From the IMG/VR virus record IMGVR_UViG_3300046007_008124, positions 1-64,000 of that record: a stretch of 64,000 bases of DNA; one strand, written 5' to 3'. The notes under the pieces were generated by a model. It saw only the letters and a list, made by a program, of their open reading frames with translations, was not told where the DNA came from and did no database searches. Numbering within the stretch: position 1 is the stretch's first letter; each line of letters starts with the position of its first letter. Position numbers and translations under genes: made by a program. Below, one piece after another: positions 1 through 8,761 of this stretch. The stretch comes from a virus.

Positions 1-1
1 G

Positions 2-2092
2 AGAGTAAACAAATCAAATGGTCAAATAAGTGTTGTGTATGGTAATATGACGACAATTACAACAAGTACAACTTATCAACCAATGGTTGGTTTAAGGGGT
101 TCCACAAATACAGACTACAATAACAGAAGATTAACAACTTCTATACCGGATGCAACACCAAATTGGGGGGCACCAAATGGTACAACCGCCGGAACATCTA
201 ATGCTCACAACGTAAGGTTTCGTAGTGGATGTGTCCCTTCAACAGGGTTAATATTTATTTGGACTGTGCAGTCTTGTATAGGTCCTACATTACCAACAAT
301 ATCATACACTTCATCATCAACTGCAAATCTTTCTTGGACGGCACCATCACCAACACCAAGCAATGGTTATAATTGGGAATTAAGGTCGTCAGGTGCTGGC
401 GGTAGCGGATCTACCGGACTTGCGGCATCTGGAATAGTCGGTACAACAACCACGACCGCGAGTAGTTTAACCCAACAAACGTCCTATATTCTTTATGTAC
501 AAAGTAATTGTGGTGGAACTACAAGTTCTTGGGTTGCTTCTACCTCATCCATAAGTCCACCAACTAATAATGATTGTTCAAATGCAACATCTGTCACAGT
601 AAACAGTTCTTCAACTTGTACCTCAACAACTTCCGCTAGTAGTGTTGGTGCAACACAATCATCAGCGGCATGTGCCGGTACAGGTGCTGATGATGATGTT
701 TGGTTTTCTTTTGTTGCAACAAATACTTCACATGTTATTACTGTCACACCAGGTACTATGGCTGATGTTGTTTTTCAAGTGTATGGTGGTAATTGTGGTG
801 GACTTTCATCACTATCTTGTATTGATGCGACGGCAGGTTCTAGTGTAGAAACCACAACAGTTAATAGTTTAAGTATTGGCGTTACTTACTACATAAGAAT
901 TCATAGTTACGCATCCACTGTTGGGTCAAGAGGTACTTTTACAGTTTGTATCACAACACCCTGTACTACACCAACAACTGCGGGTACATTATCATCAGAT
1001 AAAACGACAACAGTTGTAAATGATGCTGTTACATTCTCAATTGTGGGAAATGGGGGTAGTGTAACATTATTAGAATGGTCTTTTAATAATTTTAGTACAG
1101 TTGACGGATCAATAACAAATCCTATTATGCCATACACATTACAACTAAATGTTGCACAAGCAAATATGTATTTTAGGGCAACTTCAGTAAGTGGTTCTTG
1201 TCCTGCTGGTGTCACATCACCAATTTTAGTCACATTAGAACTTGCACCACCATATACTTATGGGGTTAGTGATGGTGATTATATATCAAATGTGACATTA
1301 AGTAATATCAACAATACGTCAACAAATGATGGTGATGCTTACCAAGATTTTACTTCTCAAATTATTGAGTTAACTAAAGGGGAACCATACCAATTAAGTG
1401 TTACCGCAACAAATACCTTTCAATCCGGACAAGGATACGCCGCTTGGATTGACTATAATGGTGACGGTATTTTTCAAACAACAGAAAATGTTTTACAAAA
1501 AGCACCAGCAAATTCAACATCAGAATTAATTACAGTACCATCAGATGCTGCAACCGGTGACTTTTTAATGAGAGTTTTATCAGCTTGGGGTTCAACGCCA
1601 TCAAACGATGCTTATTATTCAACAGGGTATGGTTATGGTGAAATAGAGGAATACACTGTTAGACTTTCAAATCCGGTGTCATTACCTGTAGAACTACTTT
1701 ATTTTGAAGGTGTAAAATATCCATCATTTAATAACTTAAAATGGGCTACAGCATCAGAACAAAATTCATCTCATTTTGATATCGAAAGAAGTGAAGATGG
1801 TGAAAATTGGAGAGTTGTTGGTACTAAATTAGCGGCGGGTAATAGTCAGTCATTAATAAATTACACCTATCTTGATTATTATAACCAAGATAATATTGTT
1901 TATTACAGACTGGTACAATATGATATTGATGGTCAACATAAAATTTACGGACCAATATCAATAGAAGGATTTTTTTCAAGTAAAAAAATTGTAAAATATA
2001 TAAATCTTACTGGTCAAGAAGTTAATGAAACATATAAAGGAGTTGTGTTTGAAGTATATGAAGACGGTACTATGAGAAAAATTATTAGATGA
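2..2092 (+). CDS. Bacteroidota-type surface protein (FN3-like, GEVED, LPVEL Ig-like domain, T9SS-CTD-like tail); 5' partial
   Basis: Frame is open from base 2 (RVNKSNGQISVVYG...). Contains GEVED-type AWIDYNGDGIF...GEIEEYTV, LPVELLYF...WATASEQNSSHFDIERS...YYRLVQYDIDG and a terminal INLTGQEV...KGVVF...KIIR. Confidence 0.8.
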   Translation, partial: RVNKSNGQISVVYGNMTTITTSTTYQPMVGLRGSTNTDYNNRRLTTSIPDATPNWGAPNGTTAGTSNAHNVRFRSGCVPSTGLIFIWTVQSCIGPTLPTISYTSSSTANLSWTAPSPTPSNGYNWELRSSGAGGSGSTGLAASGIVGTTTTTASSLTQQTSYILYVQSNCGGTTSSWVASTSSISPPTNNDCSNATSVTVNSSSTCTSTTSASSVGATQSSAACAGTGADDDVWFSFVATNTSHVITVTPGTMADVVFQVYGGNCGGLSSLSCIDATAGSSVETTTVNSLSIGVTYYIRIHSYASTVGSRGTFTVCITTPCTTPTTAGTLSSDKTTTVVNDAVTFSIVGNGGSVTLLEWSFNNFSTVDGSITNPIMPYTLQLNVAQANMYFRATSVSGSCPAGVTSPILVTLELAPPYTYGVSDGDYISNVTLSNINNTSTNDGDAYQDFTSQIIELTKGEPYQLSVTATNTFQSGQGYAAWIDYNGDGIFQTTENVLQKAPANSTSELITVPSDAATGDFLMRVLSAWGSTPSNDAYYSTGYGYGEIEEYTVRLSNPVSLPVELLYFEGVKYPSFNNLKWATASEQNSSHFDIERSEDGENWRVVGTKLAAGNSQSLINYTYLDYYNQDNIVYYRLVQYDIDGQHKIYGPISIEGFFSSKKIVKYINLTGQEVNETYKGVVFEVYEDGTMRKIIR

Positions 2093-2559
2093 TAAGTAGA
2101 TTTGAAATTATAAAAAGGTTGTTTACTTCTATTTTAGCGGTATTACAACCTTTTATAATTTATTTTACTTGTGGTAATTTAGAGTCAATATCACAATCTT
2201 GGGAAACTCAATTACAACCCTTATTTATTTTTTCAAATGCACTTGTTAGTTATTTTTTATTTGATTTACCTAAATGGAGAATTCCTGCAGTTTTGTTACT
2301 ATTGTTAACGGTATTTTCAGTACAAAATTGGTTTTTACTTCACAATGTTTTAGCTATTTTATTTTTTATAATGTCCGGAATATCAATGTTATCAGTTAAA
2401 AAATTTAGATTTTATATTCCAATATATTTAATATCATTATTTTTTCTACTAAATGGTGGTTTTTTCTGGATGGAAACTTGGGCAATTATTTGTTTAGTTG
2501 CATATCATATACACATAATGTTTTATACATTAAGTCTTGGAAGAAATAACTCTAATTGA
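2089..2559 (+). CDS. small multi-pass membrane protein
   Basis: 156 aa with several hydrophobic segments; ATGA overlap with the upstream stop. Confidence 0.7.
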   Translation: MISRFEIIKRLFTSILAVLQPFIIYFTCGNLESISQSWETQLQPLFIFSNALVSYFLFDLPKWRIPAVLLLLLTVFSVQNWFLLHNVLAILFFIMSGISMLSVKKFRFYIPIYLISLFFLLNGGFFWMETWAIICLVAYHIHIMFYTLSLGRNNSN

Positions 2560-2745
2560 TTTTGATAGAATTTCTGACTCGCCAATTGTAAATGCACCAC
2601 GTTTGTGTGCCGCTTTAACAGATTCAACTAAATAGTAAATTGCATGTTCTTTATCCATTGTTGTTAAAATTAATTCTAGATGTTCTTCTGACAATAAATT
2701 TATTGTACCAAATAAATTACCAAATAATTCTTTTTCTTCTTCCAT
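2530..2745 (-). CDS. hypothetical protein
   Basis: 71-aa ORF with ATG start and plausible composition, fills the gap between genes. Confidence 0.6.
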   Translation of the reverse strand: MEEEKELFGNLFGTINLLSEEHLELILTTMDKEHAIYYLVESVKAAHKRGAFTIGESEILSKSIRVISSKT

Positions 2746-2773
2746 TTTAGTTATTTTAGATATTTATAATATA

Positions 2774-3739
2774 ATGGATTTAAGAAAAATTATAAAGAGA
2801 ATACTAAAAGAAGCCACAAGTGATGGTGGTGGTAGAGGATCTTATGCTCCACCATTACAACCTGGTATGAAAGATTTTAATGATAGTCAATTAGGACCAT
2901 TTACTGTTGATGTTTCAAAATATAAAAGTCCTTTAGTTGCATATGATAGTTATGACCATAAATTTGATTTAAAGAAAAATGAAATTAAAAAGTTAGAAAC
3001 TAGAGCAAAAAAAGTTTCTAATTATTTAAAGTATCATCCAGAAGCAACTTTTACTGATGAAGATGGTGGTGTAATAAATCAAACACCAAGTGGTAATTTA
3101 AAAAAAACAAAAAAAGAAATTGTTCCAATTGAAAGAAAAAAATTAAATGAAATAAGTACTACGACTAGTGCCGGTGAATATAATGGACCACAAGAACTTG
3201 GTTTAAGGATTTGGAAAAACTCTGAACTAGGTCCTTTTAGTGTTGAGTCTAAAATTAGAGTTAACCAAATCCCAAAGAAAAAAACAACAAAAAAAAATGT
3301 TAAAAGAATTGTTGGTGTATGGGAAAAGGACAAATCTGGTAAATATGAAATACCAACATACCCAGTTGGTACTACAGATGAAGAAACAATTACTGAAGAC
3401 TTAGCTGTTTGGTTTGGTAAAAAGAAAAAACCAAAAGGTTCATCACAACCAAAAGGACCTTGGGTTGATATTTGTAGAAAAGTTGATGGTAAACATCCAC
3501 CTTGTGGTAGGTCAGACGCAAGTACAGGTTCTTATCCTAAATGTAGAGCGGCTGGTGTTGCAGGTAAAATGTCTGATTCACAAAAAAAAGCAGCTTGTCA
3601 ACAAAAAAGAAAAGCAGAAAAAAATGATCCACAATCTGGTAAAGGACAAAAACCAGTTATGACATCATATAAGACAAAAAAAGAATCAATTAATAATTTA
3701 GTTGACAGAGTTCTTACTGAAATTAGAAATTCTTTCTAG
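2774..3739 (+). CDS. hypothetical basic protein, probable internal head protein
   Basis: N-terminal IIKRILKE, internal LNE/ITE sites, Cys/Gly/Lys-rich C-terminal module (WVDICRK...PCGRS...YPKC); upstream TATTTAT. Confidence 0.6.
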   Translation: MDLRKIIKRILKEATSDGGGRGSYAPPLQPGMKDFNDSQLGPFTVDVSKYKSPLVAYDSYDHKFDLKKNEIKKLETRAKKVSNYLKYHPEATFTDEDGGVINQTPSGNLKKTKKEIVPIERKKLNEISTTTSAGEYNGPQELGLRIWKNSELGPFSVESKIRVNQIPKKKTTKKNVKRIVGVWEKDKSGKYEIPTYPVGTTDEETITEDLAVWFGKKKKPKGSSQPKGPWVDICRKVDGKHPPCGRSDASTGSYPKCRAAGVAGKMSDSQKKAACQQKRKAEKNDPQSGKGQKPVMTSYKTKKESINNLVDRVLTEIRNSF

Positions 3740-4138
3740 TACATTATGTAATGAATTTTTTATTTGGGAATTTATCTTTTCTTCGTATTCGGTTCTTCTT
3801 TTTTCGGTTTCTGTGTCATATATTTTTGTGACTCTTTCCCAATCTCGTTTACTCAATTTTACGTGGTAATGGTATACGTGATTTGTTAAATCAACATTAC
3901 CATCATACATTGTTATAAACAAATCTAATTCTTTATTCTCCAAATACCGTTTATGTGACATTGGGGCAATCATAAATTTGGTTGATTGGTTTTTAATCAT
4001 TTTGACACAAATATGAAAACAAGTTTTTTCATAAGAAGTTGTTTCTTCTTCGTAACTTTTAAAAACACCGTCTTTTTTTGTCCATAAATAAAATCGCATT
4101 TTAAACCTTCTAAAAAACCTAAAAATTCTTTTAAACAT
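3698..4138 (-). CDS. hypothetical protein
   Basis: 146-aa ORF with normal composition. Confidence 0.65.
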   Translation of the reverse strand: MFKRIFRFFRRFKMRFYLWTKKDGVFKSYEEETTSYEKTCFHICVKMIKNQSTKFMIAPMSHKRYLENKELDLFITMYDGNVDLTNHVYHYHVKLSKRDWERVTKIYDTETEKRRTEYEEKINSQIKNSLHNVLERISNFSKNSVN

Positions 4139-4191
4139 ATCTTATAATTTATTTTCTACAAAGATATGGAAAAAATAATTATAATACCAAA

Positions 4192-4377
4192 TTATTTTAA
4201 TAGTATTTTATTATATTCACATTTCCAACCTTTATAATGTTGTAAATCACCTTTACCAACCCTATGTAAAGCACTGTCATTCAAACCGTGCTCCAAACAA
4301 AAATTTCTCAAGGAAGTTAAATTAAATTCAACGCCATATGGTGATATTAATTTATAAACTCTTTTTTCATCTGTAAA
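4192..4377 (-). pseudogene. remnant of a homing-endonuclease C-terminal DNA-binding (NUMOD1/IENR1-like HTH) domain
   Basis: Manual translation FTDEKRVYKLISPYGVEFNLTSLRNFCLEHGLNDSALHRVGKGDLQHYKGWKCEYNKILLK*; no in-frame ATG. Confidence 0.6.
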
Positions 4378-4830
4378 TTATTTTTTTATCCACTTACCAC
4401 CTTTAGAGTTGTACCTCTTAACGGCAGCGCCATTACAATATGCGCTCGGACAAACGTCGTATCTTGCTCTAGCCCAAGATAAAGATTGTTGCCATAATTT
4501 TTTATTAGTTGCAACATTCTTTTTTTTCTTACCTTCAGCCATAACCATATCCTTATCGTCAATATTCATAGACATTTCCATACCATCTTTTTTTGATTCA
4601 TTCATTAAAAAATCAAAAACTTGGTCCATATTATTTTTTGCTTCAGATATGTGATCTTGAGCCCAATCGTGACCATTTTCTAAAATAGATTCAACCATTT
4701 CTTCATCTAAATCTAAAAGTAAATCACACTGTCTTCTCATTTGTTGCAGGTTAGAGAAGAACATATATCTTCCAGACCTATGTTCGTCTTCTTCCTTTAG
4801 TACTTTTTTTATAATTCTTTCTATACTCAT
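4378..4830 (-). CDS. hypothetical protein, probable internal head protein
   Basis: N-terminal IIKKVLKEE; C-terminal YDVCPSAYCNG...YNSKGGKW module of a type seen in large phages. Confidence 0.65.
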   Translation of the reverse strand: MSIERIIKKVLKEEDEHRSGRYMFFSNLQQMRRQCDLLLDLDEEMVESILENGHDWAQDHISEAKNNMDQVFDFLMNESKKDGMEMSMNIDDKDMVMAEGKKKKNVATNKKLWQQSLSWARARYDVCPSAYCNGAAVKRYNSKGGKWIKK

Positions 4831-4834
4831 AATT

Positions 4835-6643
4835 TTAATTATTTAATCCGTTAGGTCCTCCAAGAACTATCATATTTAATTGTGTCACCGCTGTTCCATA
4901 ACCATCAGTCCATACTGGATGAGGTGGTGTTACCGATATTGTAGTTGTACCACCAGATGTACATATTTCTTGACATAAAAATGTTTCAGTATTTGCACTT
5001 CTTGGTTGATTTACATCTGGGTTGTTTTCAGAACATATTGAACAATTAAAATAAAAACCAACCGGCGTAAATTCATTTGAATTTAAAGGTATTGGACATA
5101 CATTTGATATTGTATAACAATTACCATTTTGGTCGCTTACGGAATAATTTTGTAATGAACCGTAGTTTAATATTTGTAAATAATTCTCAAGTGTTATTTG
5201 AACAAAACTTTCTGTGTATGGAATATCGCAAGAAAGTAATGTGATTCCTATTGCACCTTGTGAATTACAATTTTCACAAGTATCATATATTAATGTTGTT
5301 CCTAAACCATTTTTTTGTGTGTTATAATAAGTTCCATTATAATAACCACTTGTAGTACTAGTAATTTCACCACAAACCCACTCATTAGAACCCCACATTA
5401 ATTTAACAATATCTCCAGTTGTGACTGTACTATCTGTCGTTACATTTACAGAATAATTTGATGATGTACCACTAGCAGCACATATATTTACCTGCCAGTA
5501 ATTTATATCGGCAGTTGCATTACAATCCGAACAATCTTCAAAAGTTTCAACACTATATATTGTTCCAGGGTAATATCCGGATGACGTTCCTGCAATTTGT
5601 GCACACACATCATTTAATGGGTCATAAAAATGAGTACCAGCACTTAAAGCTTGAAACGACCTAAGTGTATAAGAATTTTCATTACAATCTACATAACCAT
5701 AAAGAACACCACTACACTCAACACAAGGGTCACATCCAGGTTGTGGTTCAAAATTAAAGAAATTATTAATTGTAACTTCTTCTTCTGTGTACCCACTAAC
5801 TTCGTAACAACCATTATCTAAAGATAGGTTTGAAACATCACCAGCACCATAAAAAGCTGAAGACCAAACAACTTCAGTTTGCTCAGAATCAATACAATTA
5901 ACAAGTTTTATTTTTTGGGCTGAAGTTGATAAACAATCAATACATTCGGCTTCACCTCCATTGTCAATAAAAAGTCCATAATCTTGAATAAAATTAAAAA
6001 ATGGACCAGTACATGCTTCACTAACTGAGACGACACCACAATATTGGTCAATTCCATTTGAATATGAAATTAAATGTCCGTCAAATGTATTATCAAGTAA
6101 TAAAACACAATCAGTTTCACCATCCGTACATCTTTGTACAATATGTGGAATAGCGTTTGTTTGAAGACAAGAAGGACAATCAGTTTGTAATACTGGTGTT
6201 CCTTGTACAACACCTATTTTACAATTGAGAATCTGTTCATTTAAAACTTCTTGTGATGAATAAATACCAAAACCTACTAGAGTTGCACAAGTGGTTATTA
6301 ATTCGTCACATACGGAATATGTTATATAATAAGTTTCATCAATAGTTGGTGAAAAACCAAAACTTTCTGCTGTGACAGCAAAATTACCCCTTACACAATC
6401 TTCAAAGTTATAAACAAAAAAATTAGAAACTTGACAATCATAACAATCTGTATAACCACTAATTAAATATCTTCCAGCAGTTGGTTCGTCAGTTAAACTT
6501 GTTATAGTAACACATTGTATTTTGTTGGGTCCGTTAGGTATATTTGATGTTAACCACGCTTGTCCTATTGATGGTATATTAAAGTTAAAATCTACTGACT
6601 CAAGATTATTTGTGGTACATTGAACCGTATTTATATTTGCCAT
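4835..6643 (-). CDS. Cys-rich acidic repeat protein, putative virion decoration/fibre
   Basis: 602 aa with recurring CxxC motifs (CYDC, CPSC, CIDC, CSDC, CENC, CSIC); C-terminus shared with 6655..7269. Confidence 0.75.
   Translation of the reverse strand: MANINTVQCTTNNLESVDFNFNIPSIGQAWLTSNIPNGPNKIQCVTITSLTDEPTAGRYLISGYTDCYDCQVSNFFVYNFEDCVRGNFAVTAESFGFSPTIDETYYITYSVCDELITTCATLVGFGIYSSQEVLNEQILNCKIGVVQGTPVLQTDCPSCLQTNAIPHIVQRCTDGETDCVLLLDNTFDGHLISYSNGIDQYCGVVSVSEACTGPFFNFIQDYGLFIDNGGEAECIDCLSTSAQKIKLVNCIDSEQTEVVWSSAFYGAGDVSNLSLDNGCYEVSGYTEEEVTINNFFNFEPQPGCDPCVECSGVLYGYVDCNENSYTLRSFQALSAGTHFYDPLNDVCAQIAGTSSGYYPGTIYSVETFEDCSDCNATADINYWQVNICAASGTSSNYSVNVTTDSTVTTGDIVKLMWGSNEWVCGEITSTTSGYYNGTYYNTQKNGLGTTLIYDTCENCNSQGAIGITLLSCDIPYTESFVQITLENYLQILNYGSLQNYSVSDQNGNCYTISNVCPIPLNSNEFTPVGFYFNCSICSENNPDVNQPRSANTETFLCQEICTSGGTTTISVTPPHPVWTDGYGTAVTQLNMIVLGGPNGLNN
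4881..5006. repeat. 126-bp direct repeat, copy 1 (copy 2 at 6701..6826)
   Basis: Manual alignment shows a single mismatch (4994 T vs 6814 C). Confidence 0.95.
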
Positions 6644-6654
6644 AATTTATTTTT

Positions 6655-7269
6655 TTAATTATTTAATCCATTAATACCACCTAATGTAATCATGTTTAAC
6701 TGTGTCACCGCTGTTCCATAACCATCAGTCCATACTGGATGAGGTGGTGTTACCGATATTGTAGTTGTACCACCAGATGTACATATTTCTTGACATAAAA
6801 ATGTTTCAGTATTCGCACTTCTTGGTGGTTCTTCTCCACAATCTTCACAAAGTAAAAAGGGTCCTGAAACGTATGTATAATCTGTTACACCCAATTCACT
6901 TAACCCCTCAAAAGTAGCACAAAATGGTGTTTCAGAAGCAAATTGTATTTCATAAGTAAGACCTGTAGTGGGTGACCCAAATTCACTACAAAAATCAGTT
7001 GCGCTTATATTAATTTCATTTTCTGTACCACATTGTATAAATTTAAAATTTAAAGATTCTGTAAGACCACTTAAACACGAACAACAATCTGTATGTGGGC
7101 TAATAAAGGATATATTTAGAGTTTCAGCGTTCTCTGTTACTGCCCCAACAGTACCACAAAATCGGGCCTCGCTAATATCAAACTCTATTGTGGCGCCCGA
7201 CGTTAACGTATCTGCAGAAATAATGTATTCATTATTAGTTAAACATTCGTTTATAATATAATTTGGCAT
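6655..7269 (-). CDS. Cys-rich protein, short paralogue of 4835..6643
   Basis: CCSC and CEDC motifs; near-identical C-terminal PRSANTETFLCQEIC...NGLNN. Confidence 0.75.
   Translation of the reverse strand: MPNYIINECLTNNEYIISADTLTSGATIEFDISEARFCGTVGAVTENAETLNISFISPHTDCCSCLSGLTESLNFKFIQCGTENEINISATDFCSEFGSPTTGLTYEIQFASETPFCATFEGLSELGVTDYTYVSGPFLLCEDCGEEPPRSANTETFLCQEICTSGGTTTISVTPPHPVWTDGYGTAVTQLNMITLGGINGLNN
6701..6826. repeat. 126-bp direct repeat, copy 2
   Basis: Matches 4881..5006 at offset 1820. Confidence 0.95.
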
Positions 7270-7280
7270 TTTCTATTTTT

Positions 7281-8741
7281 TTATTTTTTATTCACTATTT
7301 GAAACTTAATCTGTTTTTTATAAGTATTTACCTCACCAGAAGAAATTACCTTTAAATCAACATAATATTCATTTGGTATTTTATCTCTGGTATCAAAAAT
7401 AAAATAATATTCGTTTGGTGTTCTATTAAGTTTTGACCAGTCTTGAACTTGGACTTCTGTTTGACCTTCTCTTACATATACACGATAATAACCTTCTACT
7501 TTTGGTAACATTTTATTTGTCGTATATGCTTGTTTTATAATAACACCAACTTTTCTTATATCTGTATTTAATATTTTTTCATCTTGTTTAATTCCAAAGA
7601 AATCAAAACCATAAACTTTTGGATCATTTGTTGATGTTCCTATTTGAATGTTTTTTTGGACCGGATATAAAACAAATTCATTATAAACATCTGGTAATAC
7701 AAAACCATCCATTGTAATGTTTTTCCAAGTATCCTGAAATGTACAAGGGGTTTTATATCCTAATAAAGGTGGAATTGTAACTTCGTATACACCTTTTGTT
7801 TTTTGACAAGAAGGTAAATTAATTAATCCAGAAATTGGGTCACCACTAGCATCACTAATTGTAACTAATGGCGGATTGTCTAAATTTTTAAAATCACCAT
7901 CTTCATAAATGTATAAATACAATTTATTTGTTTTACCTAAAGAAAAAGAATTTCTATCATCTTCAATTAAATCATCATAATTTGTTTCCAAAAAAGGCTC
8001 ATAAAATGTTTGAGTATGTCTTGTAAAAAACCCAACAGAGTATGTACCAGTTGTTCCGGATAAATTCTCAACTTGAGGTAAGAAAGCAATTACCCAACCA
8101 ACAGAGTTAATAGTATCACCATTCAATACACCATTTATTTCATCAGTCATATCAAATTCAATATTTTCATCACCAAATTCAAAATGTTGTCTTGCAATTT
8201 CGGTTAAACCGGAATATGGAACAGAACCACTATTTGTATTACTATATATTCCAGGTTGTTCCCAAACACCAATTGTTGTTGTTTGATACCAGTTTGATGG
8301 ACGGTCAGAATAATTTTTATCATTTGGTATTTCTGTTATCACATCATAATAATCGTAACCAACACCTTCATCCCAAATTTGTGGTTTTTCTGGGTCTAAA
8401 TCAAAATAAGGAATTCTAAGTAACACAAGATCAAATGATGTTGCCCTTAATCTTCCTTGTGATGTTTTTGCATTTAAAAAATCTTTATCAAAATAACTTG
8501 TATTTGTCATTCTTAGGGTGTGTTTCATATTTGTTGTACACCCAGTTGATATTAATCCATTTGCAATTTTTTCTTTTAGTAATGTTAAATCTAAATCAAA
8601 AATAAATCTTGTAAAACCAATTGGATTAACAAGGCCACCATCACCATAAAATAATTCTGTTACTGGATTTCTTCCGGTATTAACAAAACTATTTGAAATT
8701 AAAGTATTATTTCTACTAAAGTATGAATTATTAATTGACAT
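7281..8741 (-). CDS. putative virion structural protein
   Basis: 486 aa, beta-rich; next to the gp5-like gene; upstream TATTTAT. Confidence 0.55.
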   Translation of the reverse strand: MSINNSYFSRNNTLISNSFVNTGRNPVTELFYGDGGLVNPIGFTRFIFDLDLTLLKEKIANGLISTGCTTNMKHTLRMTNTSYFDKDFLNAKTSQGRLRATSFDLVLLRIPYFDLDPEKPQIWDEGVGYDYYDVITEIPNDKNYSDRPSNWYQTTTIGVWEQPGIYSNTNSGSVPYSGLTEIARQHFEFGDENIEFDMTDEINGVLNGDTINSVGWVIAFLPQVENLSGTTGTYSVGFFTRHTQTFYEPFLETNYDDLIEDDRNSFSLGKTNKLYLYIYEDGDFKNLDNPPLVTISDASGDPISGLINLPSCQKTKGVYEVTIPPLLGYKTPCTFQDTWKNITMDGFVLPDVYNEFVLYPVQKNIQIGTSTNDPKVYGFDFFGIKQDEKILNTDIRKVGVIIKQAYTTNKMLPKVEGYYRVYVREGQTEVQVQDWSKLNRTPNEYYFIFDTRDKIPNEYYVDLKVISSGEVNTYKKQIKFQIVNKK

Positions 8742-8761
8742 TTACTTTTTTATAATAAATA

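Noticed and set aside
4835-6826. Diversity-generating retroelement (TR/VR pair) suggested by the C-terminal repeat
   Set aside because: Both copies are coding, flanking differences are not adenine-specific, and no reverse transcriptase is present in the window.
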